Shown here one piece after another: positions 12,292-23,395 of a stretch of 64,000 bases of DNA (positions are counted from its first letter, which is position 1; each line of letters opens with the position of its first letter). The notes under the pieces are model-generated. The model was not told where the DNA came from, made no database searches, and worked only from the letters and a program-made list of their open reading frames with translations. A program made the translations under genes and the position numbers. This stretch comes from an uncultured cyanobacterium (GTDB taxonomy: Bacteria; Cyanobacteriota; Cyanobacteriia; Cyanobacteriales; Cyanobacteriaceae), in assembly GCA_963710605.1 (NCBI GenBank), contig CAVQBA010000005.1:160001-224000 (forward strand), in the 5' to 3' direction.

Positions 12292-12738
12292 TTAGGACAC
12301 CTCGAATCGAGTCCCCCTCCTTACAAAAGTATCTGCCATAGTTGTAAAATTACCAACTGTATCTATTGCTTGTATATCAAAATATACGTTTTGCCGAGGA
12401 ACGCTCATCTGTCTAAGAATGGTGGGGTTTGGCTCTATATTACTCGTACATCCAGAAATCCAAATATCTAAATTAGAGTGCGATCGCCAAAATTTTCCCG
12501 CAAATCTAACTCGCTCGGCATTACCGTCTAAAACGAAAATTGCTTTTGGGGTAGGTACTTGTATCAAAGTAATGGCAAGACGTAAAGGAATAATACTACA
12601 CAAAGCGATCAATATTATTAAGCTTAAAAATAACAATGATTTCCCAAATTTAGATTTACGCAACCAATATTTTCTAGATCGTCGATCGTCATTTTTGTTT
12701 GCTATTCGACGATATTTGTACTTGTTGTACTTAGACAT
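12292..12738 (-). pseudogene. YdcF/DUF218-family protein, 3'-truncated by a repeat element
   Basis: AIFVLDG, AIDTVGNF; the expected C-terminal TSxxH motif is absent and the frame runs into a TATAGC-type repeat (12272-12320). Confidence 0.6.
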
Positions 12739-12920
12739 GATGCTGATAGAAATTTATACTTTACAAGTTTTCAAATTGATTTTGGGATCATTACCTCAAA
12801 CAGTTATCTATTATATTAAGAGGAATTAAGATTAAATAAGTCATCTTATTTGAAATAAAAATTTAAAAGCTCAAATTCTAATAGTGTGGAGATCAAAATA
12901 CCGTTGAAAATATTTTAACC

Positions 12921-14075
12921 ATGAAAATCTTGCATATTTGTGCTTTGGGAGGAACAGCAAAGTCGCTTTTGCTACCTCAAATAGATTACTTTTTATCTCG
13001 TGATGTATTGGTAGAAATTGCTTGTTCCCCAGACACCGAAGTTACAGAATTACAAGAGCAAGGATACATCATCCATCCTATCCAAATCGATCGTCGTATC
13101 TCTGCTTTTTCTAATCTAAGAAGTATTTATCAGTTAAAAAGATTAATCCAACAAAATGATTACGATCTCGTTCACGTCCACACGCCCATAGCCGCAGTTT
13201 TAGGTCGGATTGCGGCTAAACTAGCTGGAGTTAAAAATATTGTTTATACCGCTCATGGTTTTCCTTTTTATGAGCTATCTTCTCCTCTTCAATACACTGT
13301 TTATTTCCAGATAGAAAAATTTGCGGCTTCATTCACAGATCTTATTCTTAGTCAAAATCATGAGGATGTTGCTACTGCTAAAAAGCTCGGTCTTTGTTTG
13401 CCAGAAAAAATACGCTATCTTGGTAATGGAATAGATATCGATCGTTTTAACCGTAATCGCCTTGAACGATCGCATCAAATTGAATTAAAACAATCTTTAG
13501 GAATTCCTGAGACAGCGAAAACGATTGTAGGCACAATCGGACGTTTGACTCGTAAAAAAGGTAGTGGGTACCTAATTGAAGCGATCGCTAAACTTAAACC
13601 CAAATTTCCTACCCTTCATGTTGTCATTATTGGTAGTCAACTTAGTACAGACCCCGAACCATTTTACTTGGAATTAGTCGAAAAAATTCGCATTTTAGGG
13701 ATTGAGGAATCTGTTACTTTTACTGGAGAACGCAATGACATACCAGAACTTTTAGGTTTGTTGGATATTTTTACGTTACCTACTTTCACCCACGAAGGTT
13801 TGCCTCGATCGATTTTAGAAGCGATGTCAATGAGTTTACCTGTTGTAACAACAGATATTAGAGGTTGTCGAGAAGCTGTAATCGATGGTGAAACAGGATC
13901 GATCGTACCACCACAAGATTCACAAAAGTTAACCGAAGCACTGAAGAATTTGTTATTAAATTTAGAACTAAGACAAACTTATGGAAAAGCAGGTCGCCAA
14001 AGAGTTGAGAATGAATATGACGAACGGTTTGTTTTCCAGCGTCTTAAAAAAATTTATCAAAAATTAGAATTCTGA
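12921..14075 (+). CDS. GT4 family glycosyltransferase
   Basis: HVHTP, YTAHGF, GNGID, EGLPRSILEAM, TDIRGC. Confidence 0.9.
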   Translation: MKILHICALGGTAKSLLLPQIDYFLSRDVLVEIACSPDTEVTELQEQGYIIHPIQIDRRISAFSNLRSIYQLKRLIQQNDYDLVHVHTPIAAVLGRIAAKLAGVKNIVYTAHGFPFYELSSPLQYTVYFQIEKFAASFTDLILSQNHEDVATAKKLGLCLPEKIRYLGNGIDIDRFNRNRLERSHQIELKQSLGIPETAKTIVGTIGRLTRKKGSGYLIEAIAKLKPKFPTLHVVIIGSQLSTDPEPFYLELVEKIRILGIEESVTFTGERNDIPELLGLLDIFTLPTFTHEGLPRSILEAMSMSLPVVTTDIRGCREAVIDGETGSIVPPQDSQKLTEALKNLLLNLELRQTYGKAGRQRVENEYDERFVFQRLKKIYQKLEF

Positions 14076-14116
14076 ATTGTAACATCTTTCTAAAGATTAA
14101 AATTTATTTATTTCTT

Positions 14117-15103
14117 GTGTCATACAATGATGACAACGAGCAAGCTAAAAAATTTTATTACTTGTTCAAAGAAAAACTAATGATTTACAAATCTTTCAAA
14201 CTAAAAAAAGAATCATGGATGTCTAAGACAAGAAAAGAGTCGATCGTTTTTTTTACTCAATTTTCTCCTAATAAACCACCACGACAAAAACAAGTGAATC
14301 ATAAATTATTTAATGTCGTCCAAATTGAAACTCATAATACTTGTTCGCAAAAGTGTTGGTTTTGTAAATTTGGTCAAGAAAGACAAGATCCTGAAATCAT
14401 GTTCATGAGTGATGATATTATATCGACAATTGCCAATGGTTTACATGAATTAGAATATTCAGGTCGTATTTCTCTTTATGGTATCAACGAACCTTTATTA
14501 GAGCCTCGATTGTTGGATTTGATAGCATTATTTAAGTTGAAATGTCCTCGATCGTTTATTACCATCAACACTAATGGCGATAAATTAACAGAAGCTTTGT
14601 ATCAAAAACTTCTGACTGCTGGATTAGATTGCTTGATTATAAATATATATAACAATTTGGCCATGAAAAGATTAAAAAAATATGGAGCTTATAAAAAAGT
14701 AGCACTAAAAGATTTACGAACACCAAATAGTAAGATAAATAATCGAGGTGGCTCAATTCAAATTAATCACGATCGATTTTTTCCCCAAAAAAAAATTAAC
14801 TCAAACTGTTTGCGTCCATCTAATATGTTACAGATTCGTCCCAATGGAGAGGTTAATCTTTGCTCTAATGATATGTATGGAGATGTGATTATGGGCAACG
14901 TGACAATTCAAAGCTTAGAGCAAATATGGAATTCAGAAAAATTTCAATTATATCGCCATGAATTAGTCCAAAATGGTCGAGCTAATTTAGAATTATGTAA
15001 AAATTGTAGCCATAATGGAACAACCTCTAGAAGAAATTCCTATAACCTAATATATTGGCAGATGAAAAGAAAAATTACTAAAGTCTTTGGGCTATCTAAG
15101 TAA
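14117..15103 (+). CDS. Radical SAM protein with SPASM/twitch domain (start uncertain)
   Basis: CSQKCWFC (CX3CX2C), NEPLL, NTNG, C-terminal CLRP..LC..CKNC. Confidence 0.85.
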   Translation: MSYNDDNEQAKKFYYLFKEKLMIYKSFKLKKESWMSKTRKESIVFFTQFSPNKPPRQKQVNHKLFNVVQIETHNTCSQKCWFCKFGQERQDPEIMFMSDDIISTIANGLHELEYSGRISLYGINEPLLEPRLLDLIALFKLKCPRSFITINTNGDKLTEALYQKLLTAGLDCLIINIYNNLAMKRLKKYGAYKKVALKDLRTPNSKINNRGGSIQINHDRFFPQKKINSNCLRPSNMLQIRPNGEVNLCSNDMYGDVIMGNVTIQSLEQIWNSEKFQLYRHELVQNGRANLELCKNCSHNGTTSRRNSYNLIYWQMKRKITKVFGLSK

Positions 15104-15183
15104 GTTAATACTTTAGAGTTTAGAAATAAAAATATTGAAATAAATAGAAGTCAGGGAATAATTGACCGATTTATTATTATATT

Positions 15184-16311
15184 TTATACATCCATTAGTT
15201 TAGCTAATAACAGGGCTTGCTGTTTAGCTTCGTATTTATCAATTACATGTTGACGCCCAGCTTTGCCCATTTTTTCTTGAAGCTCAGGATTTTCTAAAAT
15301 TTGAATCATCCGTTGTGCCATTTCATCTACATCTTTTTCCTCTACCAGAAATCCAGTTACTCCATCAACAACAGTCTCAACAAAACCGTTATGTCTAGTT
15401 GTAACAACAGGAACCTCACAAGCCATCGCTTCTAAAAGCGAAACACCCAAACTTTCGGTATCTCCATTAGATGCAGTGACAGAATGTTGAACAAATAGAG
15501 CGGCTTGAGATACTCTATTTTTAACAAAATCATGATCTTTTGCTCCATGAAAAATAACTTTGTTCTCAATTCCAAGTTCAACAGCTTTGGCTTTAGCTCT
15601 TTCCAATAGTGGTCCATCGCCAATTATTTCTAGTCTAGAATGACTAATCTTCTCTTGTACTTTAGAAAAAGCTTCTACGGTTAAATGAGGAGCTTTTTTT
15701 TCAACCATTCGACCTACCGCAATAATTAGGTTCGGTTCTCTATCTCTATATTCATTAGGTGAAAAGTTATTTATTTCAAGACCATAGGGTGCGATATATA
15801 TTTTATTTTGAGAAATACCTACAGTAGCAACTTTATTGGCGAAAAATTTAGTTGCTACAAATATTTTTCTTGCATACTGTCCCATACGCCAATAGCTATA
15901 CTTATTTTTTAAACTTCGTCCCCCAGTACCCGCATCATGACCATGAAAAAAAGCATACAGAGGAATTTGGACTTCTTGACAAACTGATTGGATTTTACAG
16001 GCAGTTTGACCAAATTCAGCTAAAACACAAGTAATATTGTTAGTTTTAAAAAAATTGATTACTGTTTCTTTTTCTTTACCTACTAAAGCTCCACTGTATC
16101 CCATTGTAATATAGTTGATTGTTCCCCTAATTTTTCGCTCTATAAAATTTGTTTTTGAATTATCTATTTTTAAATTCGGACAATCTTGTACTGATAGACC
16201 ATTTCCTTCAAAATAAATTACAGCAGTATTATTAGGAGTAATCAATCTAATATGTTGTCTGATAAAAGTTTCGGCGATTGAGTCTGGATTAGGGGTAACA
16301 ATAGCTAACAT
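15184..16311 (-). CDS. GT4 family glycosyltransferase (WcaL-like)
   Basis: ETFI, FHGHD, VGRMVEKK, ESLGVSLLEAM, TRHNG. Confidence 0.9.
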   Translation of the reverse strand: MLAIVTPNPDSIAETFIRQHIRLITPNNTAVIYFEGNGLSVQDCPNLKIDNSKTNFIERKIRGTINYITMGYSGALVGKEKETVINFFKTNNITCVLAEFGQTACKIQSVCQEVQIPLYAFFHGHDAGTGGRSLKNKYSYWRMGQYARKIFVATKFFANKVATVGISQNKIYIAPYGLEINNFSPNEYRDREPNLIIAVGRMVEKKAPHLTVEAFSKVQEKISHSRLEIIGDGPLLERAKAKAVELGIENKVIFHGAKDHDFVKNRVSQAALFVQHSVTASNGDTESLGVSLLEAMACEVPVVTTRHNGFVETVVDGVTGFLVEEKDVDEMAQRMIQILENPELQEKMGKAGRQHVIDKYEAKQQALLLAKLMDV

Positions 16312-16514
16312 AATAAAAACTATAACTTATTTAGTTACTTTTAAAAGATAAATTTAGTGATAATCATTCATTTTTTAATATTAATACACTTTGTCTGAAT
16401 AATAATTTGTATCAAGTGTATTCACTGTTTTCAAAACACAAAATCTTTTTCCATTACCACTCCAGATTGTGTAATTGCGACCAACTATTAAGATTTAAGT
16501 CCGATAAAATTTAC

Positions 16515-17375
16515 TTAGATATTTGTTTCAATTTGACATAAATTATTATAAATAATTTTGCATTCTGATAAAGTGTTTTTAGATATATCTAAATCAACCG
16601 ATCTGTTAATGCTGTTAATTCTAGCATCAGTTTTAAAATCTCTCCATATACCTGGCATTTTTGCTTTTTTCATAATCGTGTCTATTGCCAGATTAGGAGA
16701 CTTTACAAAACTGGGATAACTCAAAAAAATTATTCTACGATCGTTTTTTATTTCTGTCATCAAAGGAATTTTATTGCGTTCAATCCAATATCGAGCATAC
16801 AATTCAGCTAGAGAAGGTTTTACTGCTGAATTTTCATCCAAAGAAGTTTTAACTTTTTGACAAAGTTGTTCCAAACGCCAGAAACCACTTTCATCACTCT
16901 CATTTTTTTTACTAATTTCAAAAAAACGATTGTCCCACTTGCGGAGCATTGAATCAACAACATGAGGACAATCTCTAAATAACCACACACCCACACTATT
17001 AGGGAATAGATCGAGTAATTCTATCGCCCTATTCGATTCAAATAACGGTCTTATTACTGCGTAACGGGCATTTTTTTGAAGAACTTGTGTTTGAACTATC
17101 TCCAAATCATTAAGAACAGTTTTGTCTTTAGCTATCGTTAGTTCGCTAAATTCACCAAATACAGCCGAATCTAAATCTTGGCGGAAAATATTTTCTAAAA
17201 AAGTTGTTCCAGAACGTTGACATCCAAAGATCCATATTACAGCCGTTGGGTTACCTAAATCGAGAATCTGCGATCGCCATTTTTTGATTTGAGCTCGCCA
17301 TTTAATTTCCGAGTTTTTTTTACGACCTAAAATAGATTTTTTAATTCTTGTTACCGAATAATTTATTTTATTCAT
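16515..17375 (-). CDS. Sulfotransferase-domain protein
   Basis: 5'-PSB-like GCQRSGTT and 3'-PB-like FRDCPHVVDS. Confidence 0.75.
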   Translation of the reverse strand: MNKINYSVTRIKKSILGRKKNSEIKWRAQIKKWRSQILDLGNPTAVIWIFGCQRSGTTFLENIFRQDLDSAVFGEFSELTIAKDKTVLNDLEIVQTQVLQKNARYAVIRPLFESNRAIELLDLFPNSVGVWLFRDCPHVVDSMLRKWDNRFFEISKKNESDESGFWRLEQLCQKVKTSLDENSAVKPSLAELYARYWIERNKIPLMTEIKNDRRIIFLSYPSFVKSPNLAIDTIMKKAKMPGIWRDFKTDARINSINRSVDLDISKNTLSECKIIYNNLCQIETNI

Positions 17376-17440
17376 TTTTTTTGTCGGGCGATAAAATACT
17401 AACTAAGTATATAAGAAGATATCTAATTTTATTTTAGAGT

Positions 17441-18565
17441 TTATTTAATAATGTTAGAACGTAATTTATTAATCAGTTCACGCAAAACTTTTCTCGAAAA
17501 ATTTTGCTTTTGGTATAAATAAAAATAACTTAATATGGAGTAAAAGAATGAAATATACAGCTTAGGTTCGAGCAAAGATTTTTGATTTGAAATCTGTCTA
17601 ATTACTCCTTCTAATTGTTTTGCTCTCAATGCCGGATCATAATTTTTTAAAATTTGCTTGCGAGCTACTGAACCTATACTATTACGAAGAGCTTTATTTT
17701 CAATTAATGATTGAAGAATAGATTGCCATTCCATTTGTTCTGCAAGAAAGCCATTAATTCCATGATTAATTATACGTTTATATGTATCTGTTGGGGAAGC
17801 AACGGTAGGAATACCACAAGCTCCAGCTTCCATGTACTTTAGTTCGCTTCTTCCGTGGGCAAATTCCGAATAAATATCAAGGGGAGCAAGGTTAATATCT
17901 ACTTGCTTATAAAGATTAATGTAATCATAGTAAGGCATAAATTCATGGTAAATAAAACGATCTCCAAAATTAAAAAATTTGTCTGAAAATTTTAGTTTAC
18001 CAGCCAAAATTATTTTAACACTTGAATTATTATCTAATAAGTTTAAGAGAGTATCTTGAATGACCAAAAAATCTTTGTCATGTGTTTTTGAGCCAGAAAG
18101 ATAGGCAATTGTTACAAATTTAGTTTGATAATTTTTTCTTTCCTCATATATAGAGTTAGCTATATTTAAATATTTATTGGTCAAAGCATTTCTGATGACA
18201 TAAGAGTTTTCGATAGTTGTTGGTAATCTCTTTTGCAAATATTCTGTTGACACAGTTACAGCATCACATAATTCGAGAAAATGCCCATTATCAGAGCTTT
18301 CATCAAAAGTTAAATCGTCTGTGTCATAGATAATAATATTACCTAAGCTTTTCGCATATTTTCCAAAAGCTTTTGTAAATCTGTCGTAAGCTGTCCTATG
18401 AAAAAATATGATTCCTGACTTAATTGGAGTAGCTTCTTTTATATTACAAACTTCTACATCCCAATCAATTGCTTTTAAATATTCAGCAGGTTGTAAGCAT
18501 CTGAGTTGTACCGTCCCAAAGTAGTTTATCGGTTTTGAACAAATGAACTGAATTTTTGCTTTCAT
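17441..18565 (-). CDS. GT4-like glycosyltransferase
   Basis: YDTDD, SGSKTH, RSELKYMEAGACGIPTVAS. Confidence 0.8.
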   Translation of the reverse strand: MKAKIQFICSKPINYFGTVQLRCLQPAEYLKAIDWDVEVCNIKEATPIKSGIIFFHRTAYDRFTKAFGKYAKSLGNIIIYDTDDLTFDESSDNGHFLELCDAVTVSTEYLQKRLPTTIENSYVIRNALTNKYLNIANSIYEERKNYQTKFVTIAYLSGSKTHDKDFLVIQDTLLNLLDNNSSVKIILAGKLKFSDKFFNFGDRFIYHEFMPYYDYINLYKQVDINLAPLDIYSEFAHGRSELKYMEAGACGIPTVASPTDTYKRIINHGINGFLAEQMEWQSILQSLIENKALRNSIGSVARKQILKNYDPALRAKQLEGVIRQISNQKSLLEPKLYISFFYSILSYFYLYQKQNFSRKVLRELINKLRSNIIK

Positions 18566-18643
18566 TGTCTTTATTTTGACTATCGAGTGTACAGTGATGG
18601 GAAAACGAATCGTAAAGAATCAAAAACTAAATTACTCAGTTAG

Positions 18644-19762
18644 TTAAACTTTAGCAAAGAGAGCATCTTTAGTCGCCTTCAAATATCCACGGCCCCATTG
18701 CTGACAAGGTTCTAGGTGGTTACCCTCAGCCCATTCATTCCATGCATTGATAAATATAAACTTGTCTTGATCGGAATTATTTACCACTTTTGTAACAATA
18801 TTTTCTAGCCAATGATTATATAGTGAAGGAGTAGAACCATGCAATATATTCGCTTTTTTTCGACGACGAGCTGTGTTGTCCCATGATGGAGTAATACATG
18901 GAAATCTTTTATAAGGAGGAATTTCTTGATTAATCATCTGTTTCATCAAAAGTGAATAATCATAGATTCTGGGAAACTCAATACTTAAATGATTTAGATT
19001 GATTTTTCTTACTATTTTGTTATAATATTTTCCTAAGTTTTTGCTTATTTGTTTTTTTTCAGACATTCCATTTAACTTTGCCCAATCTGGCTGAAATTCT
19101 ACTGCCGCATCAAAGCCTAAGGCAACTGGATCGGTTTGCTCGCTGGGATAACTTTCCACTCTACATAGATAAAGTTCGCCAATTCCCAAACGATGAGCTT
19201 CTTCTCTCCAAATCTCAGTAGTTTTGACTGGATTAGGAATTTCTGAAGCTCGATAGACCAAGAAAAGTGGTTTTCCATCAATACGAATGTAACGCTCATC
19301 TTGAAAAGCTTTTGCAAGCCATCTAATATGCTCCTTATCATCTTCAGCACTATAATTTTGTCCGATTAAAATTTTTCTATCTTGACCATACCAAATACGA
19401 GTCCAGTTCTCGTTAGCCCAGCACAGACAAAATGGAAAAGACGGTTTACCACTATTAAGTACTTCATTAAAAGGACGTTCTAAGATTCTTTTACCATTAA
19501 ACCAATAATGATAGTAACAAAAGCCATAAATTCCATATTGTTGAGCTAAGTCTGCTTGAGCTTCTCTAGTTTCAGAAAGTCGTAAGTCATAAAAACCTAA
19601 ATCTGCTGGTAGGTGGGGTTGATAATGTCCCTGAAATAATGGTTTGGCTTTGGTGACATTTGTCCATTCTGTAAATCCTTCTCCCCACCACTGATTATTT
19701 TCAGCAATGGGATGGTATTGAGGAAGGTAGAAAGCAATAGGTTTTATCTTTGATAACTTCAT
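18644..19762 (-). CDS. WbsX / GH99-like domain protein
   Basis: AFYLPQYH, GFTEWTNV, LGFYDLR, CWANENW, INAWNEWAEG. Confidence 0.9.
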   Translation of the reverse strand: MKLSKIKPIAFYLPQYHPIAENNQWWGEGFTEWTNVTKAKPLFQGHYQPHLPADLGFYDLRLSETREAQADLAQQYGIYGFCYYHYWFNGKRILERPFNEVLNSGKPSFPFCLCWANENWTRIWYGQDRKILIGQNYSAEDDKEHIRWLAKAFQDERYIRIDGKPLFLVYRASEIPNPVKTTEIWREEAHRLGIGELYLCRVESYPSEQTDPVALGFDAAVEFQPDWAKLNGMSEKKQISKNLGKYYNKIVRKINLNHLSIEFPRIYDYSLLMKQMINQEIPPYKRFPCITPSWDNTARRRKKANILHGSTPSLYNHWLENIVTKVVNNSDQDKFIFINAWNEWAEGNHLEPCQQWGRGYLKATKDALFAKV

Positions 19763-19831
19763 TGTTTTTTTGTTTTTATATCAAATATAATAGAGTGTAA
19801 AACTCATTGTTGCTCGACTCTTAAGCTATTC

Positions 19832-20794
19832 TTATTTAGGAAAAATGTTGTTGAATTCTACTCCTGCCAGTAGCTGGTACATAATTCCTCCTAGCCTTCC
19901 TAGCTTAAAAGCTAAATAACGTCTCTTACCAAGATTATTTAACTTAACATCAAAACTAGATGCAATCTCACCACAACGTTTACCTAAGTCTTTCCAACCA
20001 GTGGCATTACAACGAAAACCTAAGGCGTACATTCGAGAAGCAAATTCTTGCTTTAGTTCATAACTAATATCATCTCGATCGCGGATTGCATTAGCTAAGC
20101 GTTGCTCGCAGTAAATCCGCCATGTACGACCTTCATAACTACGAAGTTTGTCACTAATTCTAGTGCTACCTCCTCGACGAGCGCTGGCAAGTATATCACG
20201 AATGGCAACAGTTTTTTGAGCATTAACTACTGCCCGCTCTACATATTCGCGATCCTCAAAACAAGTCATTTCGGTTTTCCAAGGTTCGATACGCTTTACT
20301 AATTCTGTTCTAAAAGCAGAACGAAGGGTATTAGCCCACAGAAGACCTCTTATAGCTAACTCAAGTTGATCTTGATTATGTCTCCCATAAAGAGTTTGGA
20401 TAATTTCACCAGTTTGCGCATCAAAGCCTTCAAAACCAGTTTGGATAAAGTCACATTTTTCTTTCTCAAAAGTTTCAGCAAGTCGTTGTAGTCGCTCTGG
20501 ATAAAGACGATCGTCTGAATCGAGAAACTGAACATACTCGCCACGAATTTCCTCAATCCCTTTATTACGGGCAGCACTGACTCCTGCATTTTCTTGGTAA
20601 AAGTAACGTAGAACTAAATTTTTCCCTTCATCGTTCTCTTTTTGCCATTTTTCTACAACTTGCTTGGTATTATCTGTTGAACCATCATCTACTAAAATGA
20701 TTTCGATCGATCGATATGTTTGAGCTTTTACACTTGTTAAAGTTTCTATGATAAAGTTTGCTCGATTGTAGGTAGGTATAATGATAGAAAACAT
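19832..20794 (-). CDS. GT2 family glycosyltransferase (type B, the only intact copy)
   Basis: IIIPTYN, VDDGSTD, SAARN, FLDSDD, FEDREY. Confidence 0.9.
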   Translation of the reverse strand: MFSIIIPTYNRANFIIETLTSVKAQTYRSIEIILVDDGSTDNTKQVVEKWQKENDEGKNLVLRYFYQENAGVSAARNKGIEEIRGEYVQFLDSDDRLYPERLQRLAETFEKEKCDFIQTGFEGFDAQTGEIIQTLYGRHNQDQLELAIRGLLWANTLRSAFRTELVKRIEPWKTEMTCFEDREYVERAVVNAQKTVAIRDILASARRGGSTRISDKLRSYEGRTWRIYCEQRLANAIRDRDDISYELKQEFASRMYALGFRCNATGWKDLGKRCGEIASSFDVKLNNLGKRRYLAFKLGRLGGIMYQLLAGVEFNNIFPK

Positions 20795-20831
20795 AATTTA
20801 CAACATAATTAGTGAAAAGTCTTAAAAATTT

Positions 20832-21815
20832 TTAAGCAGTTTTTTCAAAACGGTTGAATAATCTACGAAATTTCTTGTATAGTATTCTAATAGTGCTGCC
20901 TAACCAACCCCACTGAGATAGTAACAATTCAATTCTTAAAGAAAGAGTCGGATTAATTTCTTTAGACGCAACTGTTGCAATAGATTTATATCTATTCGCT
21001 AAATTAATTTGATTTTTTAGGCGTAATCTAAAATATAACCTAACCATTTGATGGACTAGTAATCTTTTCAAACTCATCGAAATATCTTCTTTATCTAAAA
21101 TCTGCTTTACAAAATTTTCTTTACAATAAATAGCCCATTCTTGATCGTAATCAAAGCTTCTATGATCGCGGCTGCCTCTTCTTAAACTAGCCACAACATT
21201 CTTTATTCCAATCGGATTTTTAGCTTTACATAATGCTCTTTCAATAAAATCCGTGTCTTCAGACATTGTCATAATTTCATTCCATTTCCCCACTTTCTCA
21301 ACGAGCGAACGATCGTAAAAAACTCTTAATGTGATCGCCCAAATTTCTCCTTTAATCAGATGTTCAATTTGTTTTCTATCCGAGTAACCATAAACAGTTG
21401 AAGTTATGGAGTTATCTTCATGATTAAAAATATCGTATCCAGTCAAAATTAAGTCTGCTTCATCATTTTCAAACACTTTATTGACAGTTTCTAAAGCGTG
21501 GGGATAAATACGATCGTCTGAATCTAAAAAATAAATAAAATCACCTGTTGAAGAATCATATCCTCGATTTCTGGCTGAAGCTACTCCCGAATTATCCTGA
21601 TAAATGTAATTGATGATTAATCGATCGGGTTCGGCATTTTTTACTTTCCATTCTTGGATAACTTCTGAAGAGTCATCTGTAGAACCATCGTTAACGATTA
21701 CTACTTCAATGGGACGATATAATTGTTGTTTAACTGAATCGAGAGTTTCTTGAATTAGGTTGGCTCTGTTGTAAACTGGAATAATAATTGAGTATAGTTT
21801 ATTTGTGGGAGACAT
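20832..21815 (-). CDS. GT2 family glycosyltransferase (type A, copy 3)
   Basis: IIIPVYN, DGSTD, ASARN, FLDSDD; paralogue of 22117-23100 and 23396-24382. Confidence 0.9.
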   Translation of the reverse strand: MSPTNKLYSIIIPVYNRANLIQETLDSVKQQLYRPIEVVIVNDGSTDDSSEVIQEWKVKNAEPDRLIINYIYQDNSGVASARNRGYDSSTGDFIYFLDSDDRIYPHALETVNKVFENDEADLILTGYDIFNHEDNSITSTVYGYSDRKQIEHLIKGEIWAITLRVFYDRSLVEKVGKWNEIMTMSEDTDFIERALCKAKNPIGIKNVVASLRRGSRDHRSFDYDQEWAIYCKENFVKQILDKEDISMSLKRLLVHQMVRLYFRLRLKNQINLANRYKSIATVASKEINPTLSLRIELLLSQWGWLGSTIRILYKKFRRLFNRFEKTA

Positions 21816-21859
21816 CTTGATATTATTGTATTGATAATTAGTGCTTGAAAAACGTTAAG

Positions 21860-22078
21860 TTAATTTCTTTTTTTCTTGTCTCCAAGAAAAATAAGTGTTG
21901 TGTTATCTGCAATGTTGTTCTCTTTTTGGCATTTTTCTAAAACTTGCTTCGTATTATCTGTTGAACCGTCATCTACTAAAATGATTTCGATTGAGCGATA
22001 GGTTTGAGCTTTAACACCAGTCAAAGTCTCCGTAATAAAGTTTGTCCTATTATAAGTGGGTATAATGAGAGAAAACAT
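21860..22078 (-). pseudogene. Truncated GT2 type B copy
   Basis: First ~55 aa nearly identical to the N-terminus of 19832-20794, then unrelated sequence and stop. Confidence 0.85.
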
Positions 22079-22116
22079 AGTGAGTAATAATATTAGTAAA
22101 AAGTCTTGAAAAATTA

Positions 22117-23100
22117 CTAAGTCAGTCTTTGAAAACTATTGGATAATTTACGAAATTTATGCAAAATGGAGAATATAATACTACCGAACCATCCCCACTG
22201 ACAAAGTAATAGCCTTATTCTTAAAAAAAGAGTAGGAGTTACTTTTTTAAACCCAGATGTTGCGATAGACTCGCATTTATCAGCTAATGCAATTTGATTT
22301 TCCAGTCGTAGATTACAACATACTTTAGTCATTTTACAGAATAAGAATCGTTTAAAATTCATCGAAACATCATCTTTATCTAAAATATGTTTGAGAAAAT
22401 TTCCCTGACAATAAATAGCATCTTCTAAATTATCAACCAAACTTCTATGATTTGAATTTCCCCTCCTTAAACTAGCAATCACATCCTTTATCCCTATTGG
22501 ATTTTTAGCCAAACATAATGCTCTTTGAATAAATTCAGTATCTTCATGCATTTTCATTGTTTGATTCCATTTTCCCGCTCTATTTAGGAGCGAACGATGA
22601 TAAAAAACTCTTAATGTTATTACTTTAATTTCTTTTTTGATAACATGTTCTATTTGTTTTCTATCCGGATAACCGTAAACAGTAGAAGTTATGGAGTTAT
22701 CTTCATGATTAAAAATATCATATCCAGTTAAAATTAAGTCAGCTTCATCATTCTCAAACACTTTATTTACAGTTTCTAGAGCGTGAGGATAAATACGATC
22801 GTCTGAATCCAAAAAATAAATAAAATCACCACTCGAACAGTCATATCCATTGTTTCTGGCTGAAGCTACCCCCGAATTATCCTGATAAATGTAATTAATA
22901 ATTAATTTTTCGGGTTCGGCATTTCTTGTTTTCCATTCTTGAATAACTTGTAAAGAATTATCTCTAGAGCCATCATCAACAATTACCACTTCAATAGGAC
23001 GATATAATTGTTGTTTAATTGAATCAAGAGTAGATGCAATTGTACCAGCTCGATTGTAAACTGGAATGATAATTGAGTATACTTTGTTTGTTAAAGACAT
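22117..23100 (-). CDS. GT2 family glycosyltransferase (type A, copy 2)
   Basis: Same motifs; shares the block FIYFLDSDDRIYPHALETVNKVF with its neighbours. Confidence 0.9.
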   Translation of the reverse strand: MSLTNKVYSIIIPVYNRAGTIASTLDSIKQQLYRPIEVVIVDDGSRDNSLQVIQEWKTRNAEPEKLIINYIYQDNSGVASARNNGYDCSSGDFIYFLDSDDRIYPHALETVNKVFENDEADLILTGYDIFNHEDNSITSTVYGYPDRKQIEHVIKKEIKVITLRVFYHRSLLNRAGKWNQTMKMHEDTEFIQRALCLAKNPIGIKDVIASLRRGNSNHRSLVDNLEDAIYCQGNFLKHILDKDDVSMNFKRFLFCKMTKVCCNLRLENQIALADKCESIATSGFKKVTPTLFLRIRLLLCQWGWFGSIIFSILHKFRKLSNSFQRLT

Positions 23101-23139
23101 TTTGACATTGTTAATAATTAATATTAAAAAATGTTGAGT

Positions 23140-23359
23140 TTTTTTTTTCTACTTTCAAAAGAAATAAGTATTAGATAATTTAAAACATTGTACCTTTTCT
23201 TTTTAATATTTTTCTGTAAATTATTTAGTCTTATTTTTTAAACCATTATCTACCAAGATGATTTTGTTTGATAAATCTGTAGGTTTGAACTTTCACACTC
23301 AGTAAGATTTCTGTAATAAAATTTGCCTGATTATAGATAGGTATGCTGATAGAAGACAT
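23140..23359 (-). pseudogene. Heavily degraded GT2 type B remnant (not in ORF track; left boundary approximate)
   Basis: Manual translation from ATG 23359: MSSISIPIYNQANFITEILLSVKVQTYRFI.. aligns to MFSIIIPTYNRANFIIETLTSVKAQTYRSI, then frameshift/stop. Confidence 0.75.
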
Positions 23360-23395
23360 AATTTACAACATATTGATAAAAAATATTAAAACAAC

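Noticed and set aside
12419-12829. 136-aa plus-strand ORF (and similar shadows at 8964, 11375, 27468, 29065, 31596, 38086, 42331, 56669)
   Set aside because: Antisense to recognisable genes, no motifs
14341-14350. TTGTTCGCA inside the radical SAM gene (also ~4602 in the epimerase)
   Set aside because: Within coding sequence and lacking the T-rich prefix; treated as chance hits
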